Shown: piece by piece, positions 17,501 through 26,242 of the stretch
Layout: every line of letters starts with the position of its first letter
How positions within the stretch are numbered: the stretch's first letter is position 1
Source of the DNA: a virus
Taxonomy: Duplodnaviria; Caudoviricetes
IMG/VR virus record: IMGVR_UViG_3300037515_000743
Location: 1-27,723 of that record
Direction: 5' to 3' (one strand)
DNA: 27,723 nucleotides
Made by a program: the position numbers and the translations under genes
The notes under the pieces: model-generated
Database searches by the model: none
Seen by the model: only the letters and a program-made list of their open reading frames with translations
What the model was told of the DNA's origin: nothing

Positions 17501-19541
17501 GCGGCTCGATCCCCTCCTCGGGTGTGGCGCCAATCACCGTCTCGGCTGGGGCCGCCTCGCCCCTCCCCAGCGCGACGGCATGACCCGTCTGCGGGTTGTA
17601 CCAGCCAATCTGGTTGCCCTGTTCGCCGAAGAATGGCTGGTAGTCGGGGCCGGGTCGCTCGGCAGCAGCCTCGGTGGGCGGGGCGCCGGTTGGCCCCGGT
17701 TCTTCGGCCAGTCGGCGGCTTTCCTCCGTTGCCCGGACTTTCTCTTCCTCCGAAAGGGCGCTGTAGGGCTGGCGCCGTCCGGTGACGTTGAGGATGGCCT
17801 GTTCGTCCACCGAAATCGCCTCGGCAGTTCCGGGCCCCGTCGGCGCCTCCTGCGGGAACGCCGCGGCATCCTCTGTGCCGAATTCCTCGCCGATGATGGC
17901 GCCGGCCGGGGCAGCGCCGGGCGGGACGCCGCCGGGGCCCTGGATAGGCTCCGGCTGGCCCGCGGGGGCCGCGGGAGGCCCCGCGCCGAGGTAGGGTTCC
18001 TGGCGGGGGGCCGGGGATTCGGCGGGGCCGCCAGTGCCACGCCGGCGGCCGGCAAAGCCCTTGAGGATCTGCCGCCCGGTCTCGGCGAGGGCGCCGACGC
18101 CGGCACCGACGCCGGCGCTCGGCACGATGCCCTCGCCGAGGTCCTGATCGGGGTCGTAGACCTCCTTGGCGATGAGGTTCTGGAGGAATTCCTGGCCGCC
18201 TTCTTGCAGGCCCTCGGTCAACCCCTGCAAGCCGATGCGCTCGATGCGACGGAGCACGCGGCCGAGCAGGGCGGCCGGCACCTTGAAGAACCGCCCGCCA
18301 ACGGGGATGCGGCCGAGCAGGATCTCGACCGGCACCGAATCGGTGAGGCCGGGGATGAGCCCTTTCCTGGCGGCTTCGATGATCTGGTCATCGGTGGCCC
18401 CGGCCTCGATGGCGCGTTCCACGGCCTCCCCGGAGCCCGCGAAGGCGAACAGGGCGGCGGCCCCGGCGGGGCCCGTGAGCCACGACATGGCCACGCCCGC
18501 CGCCACCGAGCCGATCCCTTCGCCCAACAGGCGCCCCGGGCTTTCCTCGTAGCCGGGCGCGGCGGGCAGGATGCCGCGGCCGTACTCGGTGACGCCACGA
18601 CCGATCCTAGCGCCCGGGCGGTCCTCGAAGGCCGGGAGCGGCGCGAGGATGCGCCTGACGGCCTCGGACGGCTCATAATCGACGGGCTCGCCCCTGCGGG
18701 CGCGGTCGATCACGCCAAGGAACTCGGAACGGACCTCGGCGGGCACGGGGGAGCGGTTGATGTCTCGGAGAAGGGCGCGGAGATCGTCGTCCTCGAGCTC
18801 GCCCGCGGCCCGGAGCCGCCCCGAGAGATCGGCCACCGAGCGCTGCATGGCCACGTCCTTGCGGGCCTGGGCGGCGGACGCCCCGGCGATCCCTGCGCCG
18901 GTCAGCGAGACGGCGCCGCTCGGGATACCCTTGCCGAATTCGAGGATGTTCTGGGCGACCACGTCGACGGTGCTTTCATCGGAGGGCCCGGTACGAGGCA
19001 TGCTCTCTGGCGGCCCCACGCGCCCGCCCGCCGGCTCTTCCTGGAAGGCAGGTTTGTCCTGGGCCCCGAAGGCAGGTTGGTCCATTTCGCCAAAGGCCGG
19101 CGCCTTCTTCTGGCGGGCCTCGCCGACCTTCCTGACGTACTCGCGGGTTTCCTTCGGCAACACCGAAAGGTAGTCGTCCCCGCGCTCGGCAACGGCCCGA
19201 TCCACCCGTCCCGGGCCGGCGTTGTAGGCCGCGATGGCCTTGTTTTGGTCTCCGTACCGCTCAAGCATCTTGCCCAGATAGGCCGCGCCGGCACGGAGGT
19301 TGGTCTTGGGGTCGACCAGTTTTCCGGTCGGCGTCGGATCGAGCCCGAAGCCCGGGTCGCGCGCGGTCCCGGGCATGACCTGCATGAGGCCGACCGCGCC
19401 CTTGGGGGAAACGGCATCGGCCTTGCCGCCGCTCTCGACCTCGATCACGGCCGGGAGAAGGTCGTCGAGCGCCGAGACGGGATCGAACGCGGGGGCGTCC
19501 GCCCGCCCGAAGGCCGGAGTGTCGGTGTCGCCGAACGGCAT
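11562..19541 (-). CDS. Giant polyvalent internal virion/DNA ejection protein (P22 gp16 position): SLT transglycosylase, Acb1-like 2H phosphoesterase, ART-like domain, zincin peptidase, helical C-terminus
   Basis: SLT motifs (VES, GLMQVMP, AAYNAGPG, ETREYV); HVT...HIT pair; YHGT...VYLTTDP; HEVIH...EEAVAE; third of three ejection genes. Confidence 0.9.
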   Translation of the reverse strand: MPFGDTDTPAFGRADAPAFDPVSALDDLLPAVIEVESGGKADAVSPKGAVGLMQVMPGTARDPGFGLDPTPTGKLVDPKTNLRAGAAYLGKMLERYGDQNKAIAAYNAGPGRVDRAVAERGDDYLSVLPKETREYVRKVGEARQKKAPAFGEMDQPAFGAQDKPAFQEEPAGGRVGPPESMPRTGPSDESTVDVVAQNILEFGKGIPSGAVSLTGAGIAGASAAQARKDVAMQRSVADLSGRLRAAGELEDDDLRALLRDINRSPVPAEVRSEFLGVIDRARRGEPVDYEPSEAVRRILAPLPAFEDRPGARIGRGVTEYGRGILPAAPGYEESPGRLLGEGIGSVAAGVAMSWLTGPAGAAALFAFAGSGEAVERAIEAGATDDQIIEAARKGLIPGLTDSVPVEILLGRIPVGGRFFKVPAALLGRVLRRIERIGLQGLTEGLQEGGQEFLQNLIAKEVYDPDQDLGEGIVPSAGVGAGVGALAETGRQILKGFAGRRRGTGGPAESPAPRQEPYLGAGPPAAPAGQPEPIQGPGGVPPGAAPAGAIIGEEFGTEDAAAFPQEAPTGPGTAEAISVDEQAILNVTGRRQPYSALSEEEKVRATEESRRLAEEPGPTGAPPTEAAAERPGPDYQPFFGEQGNQIGWYNPQTGHAVALGRGEAAPAETVIGATPEEGIEPQPPRTREDLARDLEDERTAEEIAAEAAWNAADREAAARWEPTREWQTVPKGAVLPPGLEIRMDMETGEQMARVPPQEGSPEATPAPVPQPTLEPSPAPGPAPNIHTATYGNRGQQHAILERARGRLRDRFGNRIGIRREGRQWTMRLRDGTPEENAAVAEEVNRQTQVTVNRAEAGRKRGGPVRKGPMGLAEAIARDGGITDPGGELRAADLQRWHVGKPGMPRLVVTAPGQQGALIAGMRGASTRSPDYRLEWAVERGYLPEGATVSDLYEALRENRMTPEGADSEQARREAEETEDRNEQARWEVQDTATDMGEALTDGEADEVVRLMVSQEMDAESAVGEYIERRAIQDAERLAEETGNAQYEDIPFEEAGPARAREPVGARGGRPAGEHPTQEAGPAVGAAPQGTGRPREAEGGQDRAPDEGGRSPEGAQEGVARPLYVNRPVANAADIIAWAASQGFKITLPADDMHVTVAFSREPVVWDAAGEGSAIERVEGGARTVEKLGDEGGVVLRFEAKALTERWQAYRDAGASWDFPGYKPHITITYDAGDVDLAKVAPYSGPIILAGESREDLDTDATSKVKEVAVPKPATEQTDQGEQTVLPGAERISEREQVGRRMGEPLRSEAEQRGLEGAPLFDPEARPGAQRDLVEDAGRGSEPAKAETRGRAQRPRRRARKPDQIDRLENYFRPGRIVFSSYWKAYDKVLSFNREEGIGGWSVTVQEVDKDGAPTGPPRDHSTMPDERELGAWERENPIGREDAPASPGGEEGPAFALRRTTGRTINIQGVDLPMNDDGTVALYHGTTQQGAEEIRKTGRLKADAEPDVYLTTDPSGGGYGDTVLPIRVNPARLVLDDQFPSGRADFRINVGESGGSINVEIAEEGPAFARRARSPETTTQESTDAWPGIRAELRVELDRLGLRRVGLALPPSIHGGKADAMYLRRVISVALDAADKLGALHHEVIHAMRRLNMITPKEWRALEIQARKSWIKEHRIRERWADQNLTEEQIVEEAVAEGFRSHMRGPRRVGGTVGRVFDAIRRALEAIRNAFRGAGFNTWESVFGRIERGEVGLRAARAERGIGGEMEPAFAMREGERGSVPSVPRPDDPDTPANRQRAMQGFIARGEPLDRVLRIPFDWFGGINEKGEWKPGLKMYDRAAKAIVGKKFNPEGRFAWLNGPMEAARAGLIDRYGLAPEYVKRERRVDLEKREIAQKGVEILKTIKEQKIGPEEARVLQAILTGEEIPSAEWEKLSGPVRQAIDELGAEAVSLGLVSPESYERNRGTYLHRVYMKDEGDQPTLSRWFSNFMGNKRKRIQGDALKGRGMFQEVENARLMRDMQEFAEAKRGLPVKGEKFRILDQIPDQGEFENVAPAAPKVERRVYWPADKPVPERFKGMTDRGVWEVRAAGKNKVTLWRDYTKAERERMGEILDARYTIGKTFMLMANDLATGRFYRDIALNQEWTRGDIPNQKWVNAAEFRRLWNDQTVEWVKVPDTDIPNTGGKKRWGALAGKYVRPEIWRDLNEIDIMARPNFWTQILTQWKLNKTARSPVVHMNNIMSNVMFMDLADVRMQDLVRGLHAYVGETADFIEAKENGAFGADIISQEMKRNVFGPILNDLQREMAGGRNPAMAKFGLMGRIVTAIWDAGKAADRKMIDMYRIEDEVFRMATYMRRRSLGEEVEDSALQARQQFLDYDIRAPWVNKARRTVLPFIAYTYRAVPVIAQSLSLRPWKLAKYFLIAQAANYLAYMMEPGDEDKERRSIRDEERGYTWVGTPRMLRMPYRDAHGNPVFLDVRRWIPAGDIFDINQGHSAISLPAPLGMGGPIMLAMELALSRSAFTGDDIVNELTDTPMERVGKTGDFLWKSWMPSAAWVPWSWYWNKIGLAISDAVDPQGRQYPVPEAVASSFGVKLKPQDVEQNLEWRAYEFDKQRRALNAESRRLDRLRQRRIISEGAWEEGVRSIEGKLDRIDERERQTFKD
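14839..15197. repeat. Exact 20-bp direct repeat (14839-14858 and 15178-15197) bracketing the ART-like domain
   Basis: GCGAAGGCCGGGCCTTCCTC occurs twice, encoding EEGPAFA on the minus strand; an 11-bp partial copy lies at 14233-14243. Confidence 0.9.
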
Positions 19542-19544
19542 GGA

Positions 19545-20822
19545 TCATTGCCCCTTGGTCAGGAATTCCTTGCGGCCCGCGTGGTAATAGACCGCGCCAG
19601 GGGGGAGGGCGTCGTATCCGGCCTGGTCGGAGACCGCCGGGTATTCCTGGCCGTCCTGGGCCTTCCGGGTCTTGCCGGTGGCGCCGGCCGGGGGGGCCCC
19701 CTCTCCACCGCCCTTCTCGCCCTTGGCCGAGCCGAACAGGTCCTTGATGGTGCGTCTGATCCAGCCCGGCTCATCCTTGGGCTGCTCGGGCTCGAGCGCC
19801 TTGAGGGCCGCGACGGCGCCCTGCGCATCGCCCTGCACGAAGCGCTCGTAAGCCGCGAGCGCGGCCTGTTGCTGCTCCGGGGTGGTGTATTTCGGCTTGC
19901 CGTAGCGGTTCTTCTGGGCGGAGACCCAGGTGAGGGCCTTGGCGCGGGTTTCCTCCTCCCCCATGCTCACGCGCTCGCGGGTGGCCTTGTAGGCCTCGCC
20001 GAGGGTCTTATAGATGCCCTGGTCCACCAGCCATTGGGCCTCCCGCACCCGGGCCGGTGCCTTGGTGCCGGTGCGCGCCTTGGCCCTGTCGGCCTCCTCG
20101 ATATAGGCGGGGTCCTTGGGCCCGCCCGGGACGGGCTCCAGACCCTCCCCGGCCGTGCGGAAGCCCTCGGGGGTCTTCGGGCGACTGGCAAGCGCATCCT
20201 TGAACGACATGGCCTCCAGGACCGCGAGTTCCAGCGCCGTCTGCGCCTCCGGCCCGTACTGCGGGGGCAGCTTGGACACGTCCATCCCGTTCTGCTGGGC
20301 CTGCTGCAGCGCCCTCTGGTACATGGCCGGGCGCTGGTCCTGCGGGGCTTCCAGCACTCCGATGGCAAGGGCGCCCTGAGTCCTCGCCATGCGGTCGGCC
20401 TTGGCGATCTGACGATCATCTAGGGTTGTCGCGATCTGGACCAGTTGCTGCGCGCGCCGGGGGTTGATGGCGGCCAGCCTGCGAAGGGCCTTGGGGATGC
20501 CTTGCGCCTTCTCGCCCGCCGGGGCGGCGGCGACGGCGTTGTAGCCCTGGCTCCGGGCCTCGGCGTCGAGATTGCCCCGCGCGTGCGGGTCGAGCCCCTG
20601 GCCGTAGTTCTGCGGGAGCGGCTTGCCGCCCGGCTGGGCCATGGCGTTCCCGCCGCCCATGAGGCCCTCGGAGGCCTCGCCGGCCAAGGCGTCGGCTTCC
20701 TGCCGGCGGCGCATTTCCTCCATGAGAAGCTGGTTGCGGACCCGCGAGCTTCTGACCCGCTCGGCCGCCATGGTGGCGTCTTGCAGGCTGGCGGACCGGA
20801 TTTCGAGGGCGGGAAGGCGCAT
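19545..20822 (-). CDS. DNA ejection protein (P22 gp20 position)
   Basis: Helical Gln/Ala-rich protein between the gp7-like and giant genes; ATG 20822 with a GAGGA RBS. Confidence 0.7.
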   Translation of the reverse strand: MRLPALEIRSASLQDATMAAERVRSSRVRNQLLMEEMRRRQEADALAGEASEGLMGGGNAMAQPGGKPLPQNYGQGLDPHARGNLDAEARSQGYNAVAAAPAGEKAQGIPKALRRLAAINPRRAQQLVQIATTLDDRQIAKADRMARTQGALAIGVLEAPQDQRPAMYQRALQQAQQNGMDVSKLPPQYGPEAQTALELAVLEAMSFKDALASRPKTPEGFRTAGEGLEPVPGGPKDPAYIEEADRAKARTGTKAPARVREAQWLVDQGIYKTLGEAYKATRERVSMGEEETRAKALTWVSAQKNRYGKPKYTTPEQQQAALAAYERFVQGDAQGAVAALKALEPEQPKDEPGWIRRTIKDLFGSAKGEKGGGEGAPPAGATGKTRKAQDGQEYPAVSDQAGYDALPPGAVYYHAGRKEFLTKGQ

Positions 20823-20835
20823 GATCTGTTCCTCG

Positions 20836-21531
20836 TTATCCTGCGTAGGGCGGGGTGCCGTAGGGGGTGCCGAACATGTCCTGGAACATCCAGTTCTGGA
20901 TGCCCGAATTGATGGCGTTGGCGGCGCCGGCGTAGCCCGAGGCCCTTGCCGTGCCCCCGGCCATGTACGCATCGGCCCTCCCCGCGGCGCCGGCCATGAG
21001 GGCGTTGCCGGCCGCCCCCGCCGTCTGCGCGCCGAGGTTGGCGGTAGCCCCGGTCGCGGTCTGGCCGGTCCCCGAAAGCGCGGCGAGGCGGTTGGCGTAC
21101 TTGTCGAACTCCTCCGACGCCACGCCCTGGCCGTAGCGCGTCAGTTCCCGGCCCGTGGCCCCAGAGGTGAGGCGCCCCCTCGCCGCGGCGGAACTCTCCA
21201 ATGCCCTCTGCCCTTCATCGAAGCGGAACTGATAGCCGGGCGTCTCCATGAACATCCCGCGCGCCTCTTCCATCTCCTCGGGCGAGAGAAGGCCCTCGCG
21301 GCCGATCCCGTAGAGCGCGCCGAGCTGGTTGACGGCGGTGCCGCCGATCTCGCGCCATGGGGCGTAGTCCTCCCGTCCGGTCTCGTACATCTCCCGTTGC
21401 AGGGCGACGGATTCGAGCGCGGCGGCCCCTTGGGCGTCACCGGCCTTCTCGGCGGCCTTGGCCTGGGAACTCGAACTCAGAAGGGACCCGGCCACGCTGG
21501 CGGCAACGGAGATCGCGGTCGCAATGCCCAT
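20836..21531 (-). CDS. DNA ejection (pilot) protein, P22 gp7-like
   Basis: Ala/Gly-rich; QREMYE..REDYAPW, TPGYQFRFDEG..ALESSAAARG.LTSGAT..EL.RYGQG.AS.EF pattern. Confidence 0.85.
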   Translation of the reverse strand: MGIATAISVAASVAGSLLSSSSQAKAAEKAGDAQGAAALESVALQREMYETGREDYAPWREIGGTAVNQLGALYGIGREGLLSPEEMEEARGMFMETPGYQFRFDEGQRALESSAAARGRLTSGATGRELTRYGQGVASEEFDKYANRLAALSGTGQTATGATANLGAQTAGAAGNALMAGAAGRADAYMAGGTARASGYAGAANAINSGIQNWMFQDMFGTPYGTPPYAG

Positions 21532-21533
21532 CG

Positions 21534-21980
21534 CTACAACTCCTTGACGTAGAGGCGCTCGAAGGGCTTGTACCCGCTCATTTCAAGCAGCCGTTGCATC
21601 GGTTTCGGGCGGAGCAGCTCGGACGCCGCCATGATCATCATGTCCGCCCCCCGCGCCTTGGCATGTTGCTCGATCCCCCAGAGGATGTACGGGAAGCCGC
21701 CCCGGTGCCCGGGCTCGGCCCAGATGAAAAGCTCCTGGCAGACGGTGACGGAGAAATTGAAGTAGAGCGGCGAGACGATGCCCGCCATCATGCCGTAGGT
21801 GCCCGTCACGTCGTCTAAGGCGAGCGCCATGCCTGGGCCGTCCCCGATCAGGTTGGCGAAGAACGTGGCGGTGTCCTTCTCACTGTAGGGTGCGATGGCA
21901 CGATCCCCGGTGGCGGCGTGGAGGTTCCGCCCCATCTCCACCAGCCGGGGGATATCGGAAGGACTGGCGTAGCGGATCAC
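21534..21980 (-). CDS. GNAT-fold acetyltransferase-like protein (P22 gp14 position)
   Basis: MIRYA...DIPRL, ELFIWAEPGHRGG, AKARGA and GYKPFE motifs. Confidence 0.75.
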   Translation of the reverse strand: MIRYASPSDIPRLVEMGRNLHAATGDRAIAPYSEKDTATFFANLIGDGPGMALALDDVTGTYGMMAGIVSPLYFNFSVTVCQELFIWAEPGHRGGFPYILWGIEQHAKARGADMMIMAASELLRPKPMQRLLEMSGYKPFERLYVKEL

Positions 21981-22345
21981 GGCGAGGGCGTCGTGCCGGG
22001 CTTTTTCGACCTGTCGTATGGCGCGTCGATGGGGCCGAGCATGGCCGCGTCCTCATACCGCCGGCGCATCGCTTCCTCGGTCACGCCGTGGATGATGGCG
22101 TCGCGCTCGATCCGCCCTCTCAAGCCGGGCTCCACGTCCTCCCGGTAGGCCCCCAGCTTCGTGCGCTTGATCTTGCGCTCATGCTCGACCCTGCGGGCCT
22201 CGCGGTCGGCAAGCTCGGCGGGGTTCAACTCCCGGAGGACAAACCCGCCATGCGCCCCGAGCCTCGGGGACACCACCTTGGCGCAAGGGGTGTCGTCGGG
22301 CACTTCCCTGAACTCCCGAGTCGCCATGTCCATGACACGTTTCAT
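21977..22345 (-). CDS. Hypothetical protein (possible fibre chaperone)
   Basis: Coupled on both sides; charged helical segment RELNPAELADREA. Confidence 0.55.
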   Translation of the reverse strand: MKRVMDMATREFREVPDDTPCAKVVSPRLGAHGGFVLRELNPAELADREARRVEHERKIKRTKLGAYREDVEPGLRGRIERDAIIHGVTEEAMRRRYEDAAMLGPIDAPYDRSKKPGTTPSP

Positions 22346-23337
22346 GCCGTCACCCTCGCGCGAAGGACGATCTTGCCGGAGGCCATGTTGCCACTGGAAG
22401 GGATGAACCTGATGGCGTCCACGGCGGTGGTCGAGAGGCGCTGGCCGTGGAATTCACGGAGGGCGGTGACGGCCGAGCTACTCCGCTGCACGATTAGCCC
22501 ATCGAAGGATTTGTAGAAGGCGCCGCCGTGGTTGGCGAACCGGACCCAGCCGCCTATCGATTCGCCCGTTCCGGTCCCGGCGGCGGCAGCCGCGACGATC
22601 GAATCGTCGGCGTCGTCGCCGAAATCGTTTTGCGTCGGGACCGCGTCGGAGACGAAGCTGCGCCACCATGCGTAATCGCTGGCCCCGGTGTCGAAGTTGG
22701 ACCCGTTGTCCGAGCTGGTCAGGAGATGCAGCACGCCGCCATCCGTCGCCGGGATGTAGTCGATGATCTCGACCTCGTAGGACAGGTCAGGGTCGAGGTC
22801 CGTGAAATCCACGGAGGCATCGTCGCTGATAGTAACGACGGAGACGACGAACCAGCCTGGGGGGGAGGCGCCGCTCGCCGCCGCCACTTCGTCGATGGCC
22901 GCCTGCGCGTCCGTCGCCGTGAGCCCGGAACTTGAGTTGTCGTAATCGACATCCGCCGCCGTGAGATCGTCGATGAGCGTCTTGAGCGCGTCGATGGCGT
23001 CCTGGACGTTCGTGGCCCCGATCAGCGCAAGCGGGTCCGAGAACCGGACCTGGGACGCGGTGGCGTCGAGCGAGATGACGGGATTGCCCGAAACCCCGTC
23101 GCCGTTGGCAACCGAGATCGCCGTCCCCGCCAGCAGCGAGCGTGTGTTGTAGGCCCCTTGCCCGGTGCGGGCGATGAGTCCGTTGTTGGCGAACGTGCCC
23201 CCGACAAGGTCCACGTCCCCGGCCCCGCCCGCGCGCTTCGAGATATCCCGCAGCCACTCCGCGAAAGGCGGCGTGGGCCTCCCGCCCCGATCGACGAGCG
23301 GGTACATGAGCGGCGGGGGCGCGACCGTGCTCATCAA
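22342..23337 (-). CDS. Tail needle/minor fibre protein (P22 gp26 position)
   Basis: PLVD..GRPTP.F..WL N-terminus; ATNVQDAIDAL/ATDAQAAIDEV fibre repeats; C-terminal domain ending AIRFIPSSGNMASGKI.L. Confidence 0.7.
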   Translation of the reverse strand: MMSTVAPPPLMYPLVDRGGRPTPPFAEWLRDISKRAGGAGDVDLVGGTFANNGLIARTGQGAYNTRSLLAGTAISVANGDGVSGNPVISLDATASQVRFSDPLALIGATNVQDAIDALKTLIDDLTAADVDYDNSSSGLTATDAQAAIDEVAAASGASPPGWFVVSVVTISDDASVDFTDLDPDLSYEVEIIDYIPATDGGVLHLLTSSDNGSNFDTGASDYAWWRSFVSDAVPTQNDFGDDADDSIVAAAAAGTGTGESIGGWVRFANHGGAFYKSFDGLIVQRSSSAVTALREFHGQRLSTTAVDAIRFIPSSGNMASGKIVLRARVTA

Positions 23338-24743
23338 GTCTCCGAGAAGTCAATCTCGGTATGGGCCCGGACCACCGCGCGGCGCACGGGATCGGTGACC
23401 TCGAGGCGCAGGATGCGCTCGCGGAACTGGCCCATCCGGCGCCACACGAACCGATGCCGGTACTGCCCGATCTTGCCCATGCCGGACCACGGCTTGAGAT
23501 CGGTCCAGGTGTGCCCGCCATCGTCGGACCAATCGAGCTGTGCCTGCGGGTCGCTGCCCTGCCCCGAGTTGAGCCCCACGCCCGACTCGATATCGACCTC
23601 GAATCGGCTCATGGCGATGTTCTTGCGGTCGCGGTGGATGGGCGGGCCCGCCAGGAGGCCGCGCACGGTGAAGCCGAACTCGTCATGGGCGTCATGGTCC
23701 AGGAACCCGACCCGGCCCGTCACGTCGCCCACCATGCGCTTGCCGTAGGCGTCCGCGTAGGCGTTCACGCGCCAGCGGCCGAGCGAGTCGCCATCGCCGT
23801 CCCGCGAATCCCGCTCATGCCAGAGCTGGGTCGCCGCATCGAACGCGAACGTGGCCCCGCCGGCCGGGAAGGTGATGACATAGAACTTGTGGCCCTCGTC
23901 GGTGTAGGTGAGCGCCACCGCGTCCGACACGTCCGAGTATTTCTGAATCTCGGCCTCGATGGCGTGGGTGGAAATCCGCATCGGCACATAGCCGTCGGCG
24001 CGCCGGACCGTGAAATCGTCGGCCAGCCAGATCACGGAGTTGTCGAGGGCCACGACGCTGCCGGCCGCGGCGCAGCCTTGCTCGATGAAGGCGCCGGGGT
24101 TGCGCTCGAACGGGAAATCCAGGGCCCCGGAGTTGTACCAGACCTCGGTGGTCTCATGGCCGAGGAGCCACAATTCACGATGATTGGAGATCACGGCCCG
24201 GATGTCGTCCGGGCTCCCCTCGGCGGTGGCGACGTCGGTGCCGGAGAAGCTGAGGCCGTCATTGAGCCCGGAGATGAAGAACTCGCCCGTGCCCTTCCGG
24301 TTGAAGATGAAATAGCCGTCCTGGAACGTCACGGTGTCGGCCGGATCGAAGGCGTCCGCCGTGATCTGCTGCAAGCCGAGGGCGGCCGAATAGACCCAGC
24401 CGTGCAGCCCGTCCACGATGCAGAGCTCGTTGTTGGAATTCACGGCCGTCGAGACGAACCCCGTGGACGTGAAGATGTTGCCGATCAGGGTCTCGGCGCC
24501 GTCCGAGTCGACGCTGTAAAGGGCGCTGCCGCGCAGCACGTAGAGAAGCCCGTCCACCACCCGCAGGGCGCGGATGGGCGCAGAGCCGAGGTTGTTGAAC
24601 AGCGTGATCCCCGGGACCCCCAGGACCGCTGCCTTGGTCTTGGCGTCGGGCGGCTGCTGCTCGGCGTAGAAATTGACGCAGCGCTGGGCCGCGATGGGAA
24701 GGACGCGGTGCCGATAGGCGTGGACGGCGAAGGGAATCTCCAT
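23334..24743 (-). CDS. Packaged-DNA stabilisation / tail hub protein, P22 gp10-like
   Basis: AQRCVNFY, FQDGYFIF, TAEGSPD, ETTEVWYNSG..FPFER, ISTHAIE, WSDDGG.TW and G.IGQY..R..WRRMG motifs. Confidence 0.9.
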   Translation of the reverse strand: MEIPFAVHAYRHRVLPIAAQRCVNFYAEQQPPDAKTKAAVLGVPGITLFNNLGSAPIRALRVVDGLLYVLRGSALYSVDSDGAETLIGNIFTSTGFVSTAVNSNNELCIVDGLHGWVYSAALGLQQITADAFDPADTVTFQDGYFIFNRKGTGEFFISGLNDGLSFSGTDVATAEGSPDDIRAVISNHRELWLLGHETTEVWYNSGALDFPFERNPGAFIEQGCAAAGSVVALDNSVIWLADDFTVRRADGYVPMRISTHAIEAEIQKYSDVSDAVALTYTDEGHKFYVITFPAGGATFAFDAATQLWHERDSRDGDGDSLGRWRVNAYADAYGKRMVGDVTGRVGFLDHDAHDEFGFTVRGLLAGPPIHRDRKNIAMSRFEVDIESGVGLNSGQGSDPQAQLDWSDDGGHTWTDLKPWSGMGKIGQYRHRFVWRRMGQFRERILRLEVTDPVRRAVVRAHTEIDFSET

Positions 24744-24745
24744 GC

Positions 24746-25159
24746 CTAGCCCTGTTCGATGTCGTAATCGCCCGCGCCGCGCCGGAAATACCTGGGCGTC
24801 AGCGCATCATCTACCTTGGCATCGTCGAAGAACTCGAAGGTGTGGGCCTGTAGGGCCTTGAAGCACTCGACGGCGTACTGCACCACGAGGTTCGGAATCG
24901 GCGAGTCGTACTCGGTGGCAAGGCGGGCGGCCAGATTGTAGCGGATGGCCTCGATATACCGATCATCCACCCGAAGGGTGCCCGACAACCCGACCGTCAC
25001 GTGGCCAAGGTCGATGCCCTTGGTCTTCCAGCCGTGCAGCATGTCGTTGAGCGCGGCCAGCCCGTCCGTCATGTCGTTGTGGCCCAGCACCTCCCCGGCG
25101 GCGCTAATGCGGGCGAGCCGGAATGCGCGGGTGACCAGGGAGCCGGCGGTCTCGCTCAT
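24746..25159 (-). CDS. Head-to-tail adaptor, P22 gp4-like
   Basis: TAGSLVTRAFR, DGLAALNDMLHGW and AIRYNLAARLA..Y motifs; directly precedes the gp10-like gene. Confidence 0.8.
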   Translation of the reverse strand: MSETAGSLVTRAFRLARISAAGEVLGHNDMTDGLAALNDMLHGWKTKGIDLGHVTVGLSGTLRVDDRYIEAIRYNLAARLATEYDSPIPNLVVQYAVECFKALQAHTFEFFDDAKVDDALTPRYFRRGAGDYDIEQG

Positions 25160-25160
25160 G

Positions 25161-25838
25161 TCAGGCGGCCTCCCCCTCTGGCTTCGACCCCTCGCGCAGG
25201 ATCAGATCGGCGAAGTTGCCCGTGTAGGGCTTGGTGCCGATGTGGGTGATCGTCATGTCCGGGTCGCAAAGGATCTTCCCGCCCAACGCCCGCCAGCGCC
25301 GGCAGAACAGCGCGTCCTCGCCGATGACCTTCCCCTCCCCGAGGGAGGTGTCGAACAGGCCATGGCACTCGTAGCCGTGGGAATCGAGGTACTTGGTTTC
25401 GGGGTGCGCCTTTATCAGGCGCTCGACGGCGCGGCGGGATATCTTGAGGAACCCGGTGGCGAGGTAGTCGCATTCGATCAGCGTGGTCGCCGTGCCCCTG
25501 TAGGGGGCGACGTTGTAGATTTCCTGGCCTTCGCGCTTTTGCAGATAGGCCCCGCCGATCACGTCGTGCGGGGAAAGCGCGAGCCTCAAGGCGCATTCCG
25601 GCTCCCAGGCCATGTCGGCGTCGATGAACAGGAGGTCGGTCGCGTCCTTCTGGGCCATGAACCACGCCACCATGCTGTTGCGCGCGACGTGGACAAGGGC
25701 GTTGCCGATGCAGAACGATTGCGTGAACGCGATGCCGTTCTGGAAGAGAAGCGGCAGGGTGCTGACCAGCGAGCGCACGAACTCGCAGCGGACCTCCCCC
25801 GAATGACACGGGGTCGCTATGAAGACGTGGCGCTGCAT
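25161..25838 (-). CDS. GT-A fold glycosyltransferase-like protein
   Basis: VFIATPC, ARN..VA.F, LLFIDADM (DxD), TGFLKISR and GEDALFCRRW motifs. Confidence 0.8.
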   Translation of the reverse strand: MQRHVFIATPCHSGEVRCEFVRSLVSTLPLLFQNGIAFTQSFCIGNALVHVARNSMVAWFMAQKDATDLLFIDADMAWEPECALRLALSPHDVIGGAYLQKREGQEIYNVAPYRGTATTLIECDYLATGFLKISRRAVERLIKAHPETKYLDSHGYECHGLFDTSLGEGKVIGEDALFCRRWRALGGKILCDPDMTITHIGTKPYTGNFADLILREGSKPEGEAA

Positions 25839-26242
25839 CAGCCGGGCTTGTTGGCGTCGATCTCTTCGAGCATGGCGACGAGTCCGACCTTGGTGGTGCC
25901 TGGGTGGACGCCCCTGCCCGTCCGGCGCATGTATTCCTCCTTGAGGACCGGCATCTTGTGGTCGTCGTAGGGGGGCATGACGCCCACCGCGCCGGGGCCG
26001 GCCTCGCCGGGCCCCACCACCAGCGGCCCGCCCATGTGGACGGGCGGATCGAACCCTTGGTCGACTGCCGTGGAGGCCGGCTTGCCCACATCGGCCGGGC
26101 TGCCGGCCCAGCCCGCCGGCAACGCGCCATCGAACAGGTCCTTTTCGATCTCCCCGTCCCCGGCCCGCCGGTAGCCGTATGCCGGGCTCCCGTACTGCTT
26201 GAGCCGACGCTGGATTTCCGGGTCAGGCGGCACTTGCCTCAT
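25838..26242 (-). CDS. Hypothetical protein with C-terminal HeH/Rho-N-like helical hairpin
   Basis: YDDHKMPVLKEEY...TTKVGLVAMLEE; coupled to its neighbours. Confidence 0.6.
   Translation of the reverse strand: MRQVPPDPEIQRRLKQYGSPAYGYRRAGDGEIEKDLFDGALPAGWAGSPADVGKPASTAVDQGFDPPVHMGGPLVVGPGEAGPGAVGVMPPYDDHKMPVLKEEYMRRTGRGVHPGTTKVGLVAMLEEIDANKPG

Noticed and set aside
12765-20423. Very long plus-strand ORFs (12765-16508, 1247 aa; 16803-20423, 1206 aa)
   Set aside because: These are antisense shadows of high-GC minus-strand genes and contain no recognisable motifs.
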